A stretch of 64,000 nucleotides of DNA from Chroococcopsis gigantea SAG 12.99 (lineage in GTDB: Bacteria > Cyanobacteriota > Cyanobacteriia > Cyanobacteriales > Microcystaceae): positions 3,639,829-3,703,828 of the forward strand of contig JAODIG010000001.1 of assembly GCA_032860995.1 (NCBI GenBank). Direction: 5' to 3'. Positions 12,863-20,944 of this stretch are shown piece by piece. Made by a program: the position numbers and the translations under genes. Each line of letters starts with the position of its first letter. The first letter of the stretch is position 1. The notes under the pieces were generated by a model, which did no database searches, was not told the origin of the DNA, and worked only from the letters and a program-made list of their open reading frames with translations.

Positions 12863-15469
12863 TCAAGCGAGTATATGGGTGTGAGTGGAACGAACGATAC
12901 TTAACCAGTGGCCCTCGGTGGTTACATAACCGAGGTCTGCTACATAGTCACGACCCCGAACCGGGATAGGAATTTCCGTGGAATCGCTGAATTCATCACA
13001 TTCAAACTCTTGGAAGCTGTGAGCGTTTTGTTGATCTAAGTCAATGCCCGTAGCATCGTAGATTCTTAGCAGTAGTTGATTACCGCCGTAGCTTTTGACT
13101 TCTTGTATATGTTCCGGGGTAACATTCCAGTTAACGAGAGCTGAATCTGGGCTTTTGGCGGTGATATAGATATGATCGTCACCGTATTTTTTAGCCATAT
13201 CCTCGCGATTCCAGTTTTTCAGACCGGCAATACCAGCACCGAGGGCGGCCCCGGCTCCGGCGACACCAGAGGATAGATTATTCTTTATAGAGGATGTTGC
13301 GTCCCCGATTCTTCCATCAGCGGTTAGATTTTCTTTAGCCGAGGTGAAGGCATCAAAAATATTTTCTTTGATCTCTCCGAAGCCTCCTTCTGGAATGAGA
13401 TTTTCCCTGGCGTTAGTGAAAGCGCCGGAAATATTATCTTTGATTTCCCCGAAACCACCGTCGGGAATGAGATTTTCCTTCACGGAATTAAATTTTTCCG
13501 AGATATTAGCGCCCAAAGATTCCGCTCCTGTTCTTAATCCCCCTTCGGTTAATCCGGGTAAGTGGGTATGATTAGAATGACCCAGACTTAACCAACGGCC
13601 TTCCGGTGTGCGATAACCTAACTCGGCTACATAATCTTTATCTTTGACCGGGATAGGCACGTCTAAATGATCTTCCCCTTCATTACAAACGTGTTCCCAG
13701 GTGCTGTGAGGTTCGTCCGTCTCCAGGTTAATATCGGTGGCATCGTGCATTCTCAAGGATAGTGTTTCCCCTCCTCGATCGCGTAGGGCGGCTTTCTCTG
13801 CCTCATCGATCCGCCAGCTAACCGATGCGGTTTCCTCCGTTCGGGGGGTGATGGTGATCTTGTCGCGCAGATCCATCTCTTTGACGAGATTTTTACCGAA
13901 TCCTCCGGCCGCTACCGCACCGGCCCCGATAACCGCTCCTGCGGCTGCCAATCCTGTACCCATATTGCCCCCAACGTTATCGATGATGCTCGGAATACTG
14001 TTAGTCTCCGGGGGGCAGGCGGGCACATGGGAATGGAGCGATCGAGCGATCGAACTCCAGCCGCCTTCGGGTGTTGCGTAACCGATTTCCGCCATGTAAT
14101 CTCGATCGTCCCTGGGGATGGGAATCGATTTTTCCCCTCTTAATTCGGTCACGTCGATATGTTGGACGCTGTGAGGTTGTTGTCTGTCTATATCGATACC
14201 CGTCACATCGAACAGTTTAACTATCAGATTTGTGCCGCCCTGTTCTCTTAACGCGGTGGATTGGTCTGGATCTACCGCCCAATTGATGGTTCCTTGCTTA
14301 CAGTTATCGGGCGTTAAGCTAATTCTACTGTTATAAGTTCTCACCGGCGGAACTGGCGGCGGTGGCGGACTCACTACCGGTTCAGCAGGCGGTACTGTTT
14401 CGCTGCCTTTGCCTTTCAGTAGGAAGAATAGGGGTATACCGATCAGCGGTAATAACAATAACCACCAAGAGAATCCACCGCCCGTTTCTTGGGCCGAACC
14501 CGTAGCCGCGGGGTCTGTAGTTACGGGAGCGGTAGCCGTGGTATCGGGCGATGGACTGGCTTCGGCCGCTACTGGGGCCGCTGCCACGGTTTCCTCGCAA
14601 AATTCTTTAGAAACGATTTCTTTGCCTTGAGCGAATTCAGAAGTATTGGCGGTACAGAGGAAAGCTTTCACCACCGGATTAGGATTGGGCCCTTTATATA
14701 CGTAAGCCAAAGGTTGAGAGAAGGGATAGCGATCGTCGGTGGGTAACACATTATTCATCGTGACAATATGTACATCGGGACGGTCTTTGACCTGTTCTAT
14801 CACTGCGTATCCCACCCCATCTTTTCCTAGGGCTTTGACCATCTCATCCGTCTCGTGAGTTTTCATCCTCACCGTGTTGGCCCCGTTAGTAAAGGGAGCG
14901 TTCTCGAACACGGGGTAGCTTTTGAAAGATTCACGGGTGTAGTTATCTTCCGGCTTGTCGATGAATTTAATCGGTACGTCCGCCCCGCCTAATTCCTTCC
15001 AGTTTTTAATCTCCCCGCGGAAGATTTTGGCGAATTGTTCAAAGGTGATGTCTCCTTTAAACGGGTTATCTTTACTAACGATAATGGCGATTTTATATCT
15101 GGAAATAGGAACTTCTACCAATCCTTTTGCTTTTTCATCGGCTGTGAGCGATCGTCCCACCGCGGCTAGGTCGATTTTTCCGTCGATAACTTCTTGAATC
15201 GCCCCGTTAGTTCCGGTTTTAGCTATATCTACCGTAGTCCCGGCGTATTGCTTACCGAATAATTCTTTTAGTTTCTGGTTGATCACTTCCATGCTTTCGG
15301 CACCGTCGATCTTCATCGTGGAACCGTCGGGAACTTTCGGCAGGGTGACAGGGCTTTGAGCCGCTTGTGCGATCGCTTTTTGAGCCGTTAAAGACACAGA
15401 TACAGGCAGGCCCGTCGTTGTGGCTACCAGTAATAAAGACAAAACGGGAAATAGTTTTTTCCTGTGCAT
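12863..15469 (-). CDS. Membrane-anchored PstS-like (PBP_like_2) substrate-binding domain fused to three DUF4912-like repeats
   Basis: 868 aa. Domains by residue: signal peptide; periplasmic-binding-protein domain ~45-265; Ala/Pro/Thr linker; TM helix 333-352; Pro-rich stretch. Three homologous ~100-aa modules follow (381-484, 536-638, 765-868), each ending ...IPIP.(R/K)D.DY.AE(I/L)GY.TPEG.W.S...S.H(S/T)H.P. They are separated by Gly/Ala zipper segments. ATG 15469 is preceded by AAGAGG. Confidence 0.7.
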   Translation of the reverse strand: MHRKKLFPVLSLLLVATTTGLPVSVSLTAQKAIAQAAQSPVTLPKVPDGSTMKIDGAESMEVINQKLKELFGKQYAGTTVDIAKTGTNGAIQEVIDGKIDLAAVGRSLTADEKAKGLVEVPISRYKIAIIVSKDNPFKGDITFEQFAKIFRGEIKNWKELGGADVPIKFIDKPEDNYTRESFKSYPVFENAPFTNGANTVRMKTHETDEMVKALGKDGVGYAVIEQVKDRPDVHIVTMNNVLPTDDRYPFSQPLAYVYKGPNPNPVVKAFLCTANTSEFAQGKEIVSKEFCEETVAAAPVAAEASPSPDTTATAPVTTDPAATGSAQETGGGFSWWLLLLPLIGIPLFFLLKGKGSETVPPAEPVVSPPPPPVPPVRTYNSRISLTPDNCKQGTINWAVDPDQSTALREQGGTNLIVKLFDVTGIDIDRQQPHSVQHIDVTELRGEKSIPIPRDDRDYMAEIGYATPEGGWSSIARSLHSHVPACPPETNSIPSIIDNVGGNMGTGLAAAGAVIGAGAVAAGGFGKNLVKEMDLRDKITITPRTEETASVSWRIDEAEKAALRDRGGETLSLRMHDATDINLETDEPHSTWEHVCNEGEDHLDVPIPVKDKDYVAELGYRTPEGRWLSLGHSNHTHLPGLTEGGLRTGAESLGANISEKFNSVKENLIPDGGFGEIKDNISGAFTNARENLIPEGGFGEIKENIFDAFTSAKENLTADGRIGDATSSIKNNLSSGVAGAGAALGAGIAGLKNWNREDMAKKYGDDHIYITAKSPDSALVNWNVTPEHIQEVKSYGGNQLLLRIYDATGIDLDQQNAHSFQEFECDEFSDSTEIPIPVRGRDYVADLGYVTTEGHWLSIVRSTHTHILA
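13271..13477 (-). repeat. Intragenic tandem 72-nt (24-aa) repeats, about 2.9 copies
   Basis: Residues 665-733 read ENLIPDGGFGEIKDNISGAFTNAR / ENLIPEGGFGEIKENIFDAFTSAK / ENLTADGRIGDATSSIKNNL. Confidence 0.85.
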
Positions 15470-15748
15470 AAAACCTCTTTATGTAGTTTTCTTGTTAATT
15501 TGAGCCGGTCAATATTAGGAATCGGTTTTTTTATGAACCTTCGGAATAATCACTTCTTAGACACAAGCAATACAAATGTCCTCACCTGACTTTGATTAGA
15601 AGAATGTTTCTATCTTTTGCCAGATGATCTCGTGTATGGCTGTACTTTTCAATACTTTAGAGCTTAAATATAAGAAGATCATAAGAATCAAGATTTTCTT
15701 AATATTTTGGCTTCAAAATATTAATAATTATAAAAAACCCCAGTAACG

Positions 15749-17938
15749 TTAATTACTTGGTTTAGGAAGTGTTGCCAAACGTTTGCTGATTTCGGGGTTA
15801 TAAATTTGTAAATAATTCCAATAATTACCGAAAACCGATTCCACATAACCTTTAGTTTCCTTGAAAGGTATTTGCTCGACAAATTCATCCTCATCGGCTG
15901 TGGAAAACCGTTTCAGCCAACCTCCCACATTTCCCGGGCCCGCGTTATAACTGGCCACGGCTAATAAAGAGTTATTCTTGTACTTATCGTGGGTATAGTC
16001 CAAATACCAAGTGCCGAAACTGATATTATCTTCAGGATCGGTGAGAGAATAGTCCTTCACATTGGTTTGTTTAGCGATAAACTTACCCGTATCCGGCATT
16101 ACCTGCATCAAACCCACCGCCCCTACAGGAGAACGAATATCTTTTTCAAAGCGAGATTCTTGCCGGATAAGAGCCGTTACTAACAGAGGATTCAACTGTC
16201 TTTGTTTTGAGGACTGCAAAATTAAATCATAATAGGGAAAAGGATATAAAGCATTCCAATATTCGTTACTCTCCCGCAAAGTCTTCCAGCGTTCTTTCTC
16301 TTCGTTCGTTTCTCTTTCTCGCAAACTCCAGATCAGATTGATACCTTCGAGATTCTGATTTTGGGATAGCTTATATAAACCCAGATTAAACTGTTCATCC
16401 ACAGTCAGATTCCAAGGATCGGCTACCTCGGCGGCGAACAAACTCCAGGCATCCCTATCCTCACCCAACAGATATAATTCTTTGAAGGCGGGCGAGCCAA
16501 CTGGTAATACTGGGCGGCCCTTCGGTTTCACCGTGACCGGATCGTGCGATCGCACATCGTTAAAATCCCCCACATCCCAACCGAGATTAACCGCCGATCG
16601 CCAGGCATAATAAGAATGGGGATAACGTCCGAGAGTATGGGTAAAAGCGTCTTGGGCTTCCTTTTGCTTGCCCAATTTCTGCGCCCATTTGCCCACCCAG
16701 AAAGCGGCTTTCGGTGCGACAGTGCTATCGGCGTTATTAACAGCGATCGGTTGCGCCCACTGCCAAGCCTGTAGATAATTCCCCGCTTTAGCCGCCAGTC
16801 GAGCGTACTTCCAACGTAATTCCGCGGCCTCGTCCGATGAGGCGTATTTAGTTAATAATATCTTTCTGGTGTCATTAGCCGCTTTCGGATTGGTTTTATC
16901 TAATAACTCCGCTTTCTGATTCAAGGCGCGGGGGGCTAAATCGGAAAAGTCCCTCACCACCCGGTCAAGATAAGCCGTAGCTTGAGCGGGGGGTGAGAGT
17001 TGGGCTAATCGGATCAGCGCCAAGCCCGTTTCTTCCGATTTCGGGTAAGCTTTTAAAAAAGCCCCATAAGCTTTGATCGCCTCTGTGTTCTTCTTCTGAA
17101 TATGTAAACCCCTAGCGTAGCGATAGGCTTGCTTGGAACTACGGGTAGCTTTGGCATAAGCTTTAGTCGCTTTTGGGTACTGTGCCTGTTGCCAATAAGC
17201 ATCGCCAATAATATCCCAGTCTTCGGGTTTGAGCTTATCGGGGAATTTTTTGACCAATCTTTCCCGCGCTTCGTTTAAACTATAGTCGTAGGGATTAGCT
17301 TTGGCTAACTGTAGTAATAAATCCGGTTGGTCGGGATTTTCTTTCAGTTTCTGCCGGAGCAGGGCGAGGGTTTGAGGATGACGAGGATATTGGGTTAAAA
17401 GTTTCTCGTGATAGGAAGGGTCGTATTTTCCCAGATAATAATAAGCCTCCGCTACCACCGTAGATTTGGGGTAAGTTTCTACTAATTGCTTCCAAGTCTC
17501 TTTTGCTTTCTCTTTATTGTTGGTTAACTCGTAAGCCCGCCCTCGTTTGAGTAAGATTTGCTCTGCTAAAATCGGATATTCTTTCTCCAATCCATCTAAT
17601 AGCAGTAGGGCGCGCCCCCCTTCAAAATCCTGTAATAACCCACTCGCTAACAAATAACGGGCCCGACTACGATCGATGGAAACTTCCTTCCCGTCGGCGA
17701 TCAGTTTTAATTGCCTGATACGTTCTGCGGATGGTAAGTCTACTAGTTGAGTTACTGCTGATGGTTTATTGATACCGGCTTCTAACGTGGTTTTTTCTGT
17801 CTGGCTCAGGGGAGTTTTCTTGTCTAGCCAGTTAGCCACCCCAGGATGTAGCAATACTCCGCCTGAAAGCAAAATCAGGGCTAAACCGGAACCTAGTCCC
17901 AATAATAAGGCGGGCTTGGTTTGTAATTTTTTTAGCAT
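15749..17938 (-). CDS. Soluble lytic murein transglycosylase (Slt70-like: superhelical TPR-like N-domain plus C-terminal SLT domain)
   Basis: The C-terminus carries ALIRQESRFEKDIRSPVGAVGLMQVMP and AYNAGPGNV. The start was trimmed to ATG 17938 (the track's start is TTG). It has a signal-anchor N-terminus. Confidence 0.8.
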   Translation of the reverse strand: MLKKLQTKPALLLGLGSGLALILLSGGVLLHPGVANWLDKKTPLSQTEKTTLEAGINKPSAVTQLVDLPSAERIRQLKLIADGKEVSIDRSRARYLLASGLLQDFEGGRALLLLDGLEKEYPILAEQILLKRGRAYELTNNKEKAKETWKQLVETYPKSTVVAEAYYYLGKYDPSYHEKLLTQYPRHPQTLALLRQKLKENPDQPDLLLQLAKANPYDYSLNEARERLVKKFPDKLKPEDWDIIGDAYWQQAQYPKATKAYAKATRSSKQAYRYARGLHIQKKNTEAIKAYGAFLKAYPKSEETGLALIRLAQLSPPAQATAYLDRVVRDFSDLAPRALNQKAELLDKTNPKAANDTRKILLTKYASSDEAAELRWKYARLAAKAGNYLQAWQWAQPIAVNNADSTVAPKAAFWVGKWAQKLGKQKEAQDAFTHTLGRYPHSYYAWRSAVNLGWDVGDFNDVRSHDPVTVKPKGRPVLPVGSPAFKELYLLGEDRDAWSLFAAEVADPWNLTVDEQFNLGLYKLSQNQNLEGINLIWSLRERETNEEKERWKTLRESNEYWNALYPFPYYDLILQSSKQRQLNPLLVTALIRQESRFEKDIRSPVGAVGLMQVMPDTGKFIAKQTNVKDYSLTDPEDNISFGTWYLDYTHDKYKNNSLLAVASYNAGPGNVGGWLKRFSTADEDEFVEQIPFKETKGYVESVFGNYWNYLQIYNPEISKRLATLPKPSN

Positions 17939-18148
17939 CACGCTTAAAAGCAACAGAGACTCAGTTAACTATTATTAACGATTCCGGTCACTTTAAGTTT
18001 GTTTCATCCGCCCCAAGACTAGAAAATTTTTTGGAGGCTATTGATAATAATTTGCATTTACTCGATATACTAAGAAGTATCGATACTGAGGTTAGGTTCA
18101 AATCCTCGGTATTATTGCTTAAGATTCTGTGGAGGCAGATGAGAATAG

Positions 18149-18685
18149 ATGTCAAATACTTTAAGGTCAGAATTTCGCTTGGTAGGGCAGTTTTTAGGAT
18201 TAGTGATCAAAGATGGGCACAAAGTTAAATCGGTGCGGTTAAACGTCGATAATCGGGAATATTGGATTAAGATAGACAAGAGCATCAGGGAGACAATACC
18301 CTTCAATCTTGCTCCAGGGACGGATTTAGAGATCGCGGGAAGCCAGAAAATCGACCCTAGGACGGGGATGATCAAATACAAAGCCGACCGGCTAAAAGTT
18401 ATTACCCATGGGGATATATTGGAGAAGAAACCCAGATCCGATAAAGCCTGTGTGTTGATCTGTCAGAAATCGGATTGTTGGAAAAAAGGGGGACAATCTC
18501 TGTGCCGGGTACTGGAAGACAGTTTACAGGAACAAGGACTGAGCGATCGGGTGCAGATTAAATTGACAGGTTGTCTGAAACAATGTAAACGGGGGCCCAA
18601 TGTAGTGATCATGCCCGATAAAACCCGCTATAGTCAGGTTAATCCCCTGGAAATACCGTCTCTGGTGGAGAAACATTTCGTCTGA
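18149..18685 (+). CDS. Thioredoxin-like [2Fe-2S] ferredoxin domain protein with an unknown N-terminal domain
   Basis: The C-terminal half contains the Cys pattern C..C(Q)KSDC...C...LTGCLKQCKRGPNV, typical of NuoE-type 2Fe-2S domains. Confidence 0.55.
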   Translation: MSNTLRSEFRLVGQFLGLVIKDGHKVKSVRLNVDNREYWIKIDKSIRETIPFNLAPGTDLEIAGSQKIDPRTGMIKYKADRLKVITHGDILEKKPRSDKACVLICQKSDCWKKGGQSLCRVLEDSLQEQGLSDRVQIKLTGCLKQCKRGPNVVIMPDKTRYSQVNPLEIPSLVEKHFV

Positions 18686-18709
18686 TTTTTTACCCCAGAG
18701 TTAAAATCT

Positions 18710-19780
18710 ATGCAGTTGAGTTGGGAAACCTTTACGATCCATAAACGTTACGCTTTAAAGATCAGTCGAGGGGTGACGGGGCAGAATACCAACGTGTGGG
18801 TAAAGGTAAGCGCCGACAATATTACCGGCATGGGAGAATCATCAGTATTCTCGATCGTATCCGAGTCCGAAAAAAATACCGAAGTTATCATCGCAGAATT
18901 AAACCGTATAGCGCCCCTACTGGAGAGATTCCATCCCCTCGACCGTCGCTCGATCGAGAAAATATTACAAGACCAATCCATATCATCCAATACGAGAGCC
19001 GGTATCGATGTAGCGCTACAAGACTGGATGGGTAAACGTGTCGGGCTACCCCTATGGCAAATGTGGGGTTTGGATAGAAAAACGATCGTCCCCATCTCCG
19101 TCACCATCGGTATTAGTTCCCCGCGAGCAGCGGTAGAGAGAGTGGAGAAATGGTTAGAGGTAGCACCATTTAGATTATTCAAACTGAAACTAGGTTCACC
19201 GGACGGGATAGAGGCGGATAAAGAGATGTTCCTCGCGGTAAGAAACTTCATACCCCATCTACCGTTAACGGTAGACGCTAACGGCGGTTGGAATTTAGAA
19301 GAAAGTATCGAGATGTGCCAATGGTTGGCCCATAGGGGAGTGACTTACGTGGAACAGCCTTTAGGAGTGGGCAGGGAAAAAGATCTAGAGGTATTGTATC
19401 AACGATCGCCCTTACCCCTATTCGCCGATGAAAGTTGTTTTTGTGGGGAAGATATACCCCATCTCGCGCCCTACGTTCACGGCATCAATATTAAACTTAT
19501 GAAAGCCGGGGGATTAGGGGAAGTGATGCGAATGATTCATATAGCCCAGGCTTGTAATCTAAAAATCATGTTCGGCTGTTATTCCGATAGTAGCCTCGCC
19601 AATACGGCTATGAGCCATCTATCGCCTTATGCAGACTATCTCGACCTGGATAGTCATCTCAATCTCATCGACGATCCTTTCCAGGGAGTAAGCTTAGAAG
19701 AGGGGAGGTTATTACCAGGTGATTTACCAGGATTAGGAATCAAATTAAAAAACGATGAAGACGGAATATCTCACCTCTAA
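18710..19780 (+). CDS. Enolase-superfamily dipeptide epimerase / N-acyl amino acid racemase-like (MR/MLE family)
   Basis: Motifs seen are KLKLG, DANGGW, VEQP, ADES and INIKLMKAGG. Confidence 0.8.
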   Translation: MQLSWETFTIHKRYALKISRGVTGQNTNVWVKVSADNITGMGESSVFSIVSESEKNTEVIIAELNRIAPLLERFHPLDRRSIEKILQDQSISSNTRAGIDVALQDWMGKRVGLPLWQMWGLDRKTIVPISVTIGISSPRAAVERVEKWLEVAPFRLFKLKLGSPDGIEADKEMFLAVRNFIPHLPLTVDANGGWNLEESIEMCQWLAHRGVTYVEQPLGVGREKDLEVLYQRSPLPLFADESCFCGEDIPHLAPYVHGINIKLMKAGGLGEVMRMIHIAQACNLKIMFGCYSDSSLANTAMSHLSPYADYLDLDSHLNLIDDPFQGVSLEEGRLLPGDLPGLGIKLKNDEDGISHL

Positions 19781-20801
19781 TAATAGAGTAGCCATACTTC
19801 TCCACGAAGGTTGCCAGGGGACAGGGGGAAAAACCGGATTATCCTATCTACGATACGGTAGCGCGCCGGTAGTAGCGGTGATCGACGGGCAAACTGCCGG
19901 AAAGACCCTGTTAGAAGCGACGGGGATTGATAAAAATATCCCGATAGTGGCGGACTTGAAATCGACTCTGCCCTATGCCCCCGATGTGCTGTTAATCGGT
20001 ATCGCTCCTTCTGGGGGCATTTTACCGGATAACTGGCTTTTAGAAATTAAAGAAGCAATTGCGGCGGGATTATCCATAGTTAACGGACTCCACTCTCCGA
20101 TCGCACCTTTATTTCCGGTATTGAAACCGGAGCAGTGGATTTGGGACATCCGGCAAGAACCCGCAGGCTTGAGAGTGGGCAAAGCTAGGGCTTTAGAGCT
20201 GTCGTGCCGAAGGATTCTTACTGTGGGCACGGATATGAGCGTGGGGAAAATGTCCACGGCGATCGAATTACATCGGGCTGCTAACGCAGCCCGAATAAAA
20301 TCAAAATTTCTCGCCACGGGGCAGGGAGGAATTATGATCGCTGGTGCGGGAATTCCTTTGGATGCGGTGCGGGTCGATTATGCCGCCGGTGCCATCGAGG
20401 CGATGGTTTTAGAAGCGGCCGACCATGATCTAGTGTTTATAGAAGGACAAGGCTCACTATTACACCCTGGTTCCACCGCTACCTTACCTTTGATGCGCGG
20501 TAGTCAACCGACGGATTTAATATTAGTTCACCGCGCCGGTCAAATTCACGTTAAAGATTTACCCCTGATTCCCATCCCCCCTCTAAAAGCGGTGATCGAG
20601 TTATACGAGACGGTGGCTAAAGCCGGGGGAGCGTTTCCAGGGGCGAAAGTCAGGGGCATCAGCTTAAATACCTTTGGATTAACTCTAGAGGAGGCGCAAA
20701 GAGCGATCGATTCCGTCAGTCAAGAAACCGGACTTTTCTGCAGCGATGTGGTCAGATTCGGTGGAGGCCCATTATTGCGAGTTTTCGCTTCATCTTCATA
20801 A
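19755..20801 (+). CDS. DUF1611 domain protein (DgcN-like putative N-acetyltransferase)
   Basis: It has the DUF1611 P-loop-like motif VGTDMSVGKMST and is 348 aa long. It overlaps the epimerase gene by 26 nt. Confidence 0.65.
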   Translation: MKTEYLTSNNRVAILLHEGCQGTGGKTGLSYLRYGSAPVVAVIDGQTAGKTLLEATGIDKNIPIVADLKSTLPYAPDVLLIGIAPSGGILPDNWLLEIKEAIAAGLSIVNGLHSPIAPLFPVLKPEQWIWDIRQEPAGLRVGKARALELSCRRILTVGTDMSVGKMSTAIELHRAANAARIKSKFLATGQGGIMIAGAGIPLDAVRVDYAAGAIEAMVLEAADHDLVFIEGQGSLLHPGSTATLPLMRGSQPTDLILVHRAGQIHVKDLPLIPIPPLKAVIELYETVAKAGGAFPGAKVRGISLNTFGLTLEEAQRAIDSVSQETGLFCSDVVRFGGGPLLRVFASSS

Positions 20802-20944
20802 TTAGAGAAAATTTTCAGGATAGAGGGAAAGAACGCTATGTGTCACTCGATAGAAAAATATTAAGCTATCTTAATAAATATAAAAGCTCTTAGCGAATAT
20901 CTCGTTTAACACAGTTTCCACCTTTTTAACTCGCGTCCCTAACC

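Noticed and set aside
13344-14746. A cluster of plus-strand ORFs (13344..13571, 13737..14081, 14409..14630, 14489..14746) and the minus-strand ORF 14382..14600.
   Set aside because: All lie inside or antisense to the 868-aa gene. They are low-complexity Pro/Ser/Arg/Gly translations typical of off-frame shadows of a repeat-rich gene.
12863-15469. Interpretation of the PstS-like protein as the binding subunit of a phosphate ABC transporter.
   Set aside because: No pstC, pstA, pstB or phoU genes are in the operon or nearby. The protein is membrane-anchored and fused to about 500 aa of non-transport domains. Its anion-binding motifs look altered.
18043-18117. A tRNA-like stretch. It contains a canonical T-loop motif GGTTCAAATCC (18095-18105), a possible 7-bp acceptor pairing (GATAATA/TATTATT) and a tRNA-like length of 74 nt.
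   Set aside because: No D-arm can be formed. The best anticodon-region hairpin (ATACT-AAGA-AGTAT) has a 4-nt loop. The T-stem has a mismatch and is offset by one base. At most this is a decayed tRNA remnant, not a functional tRNA.
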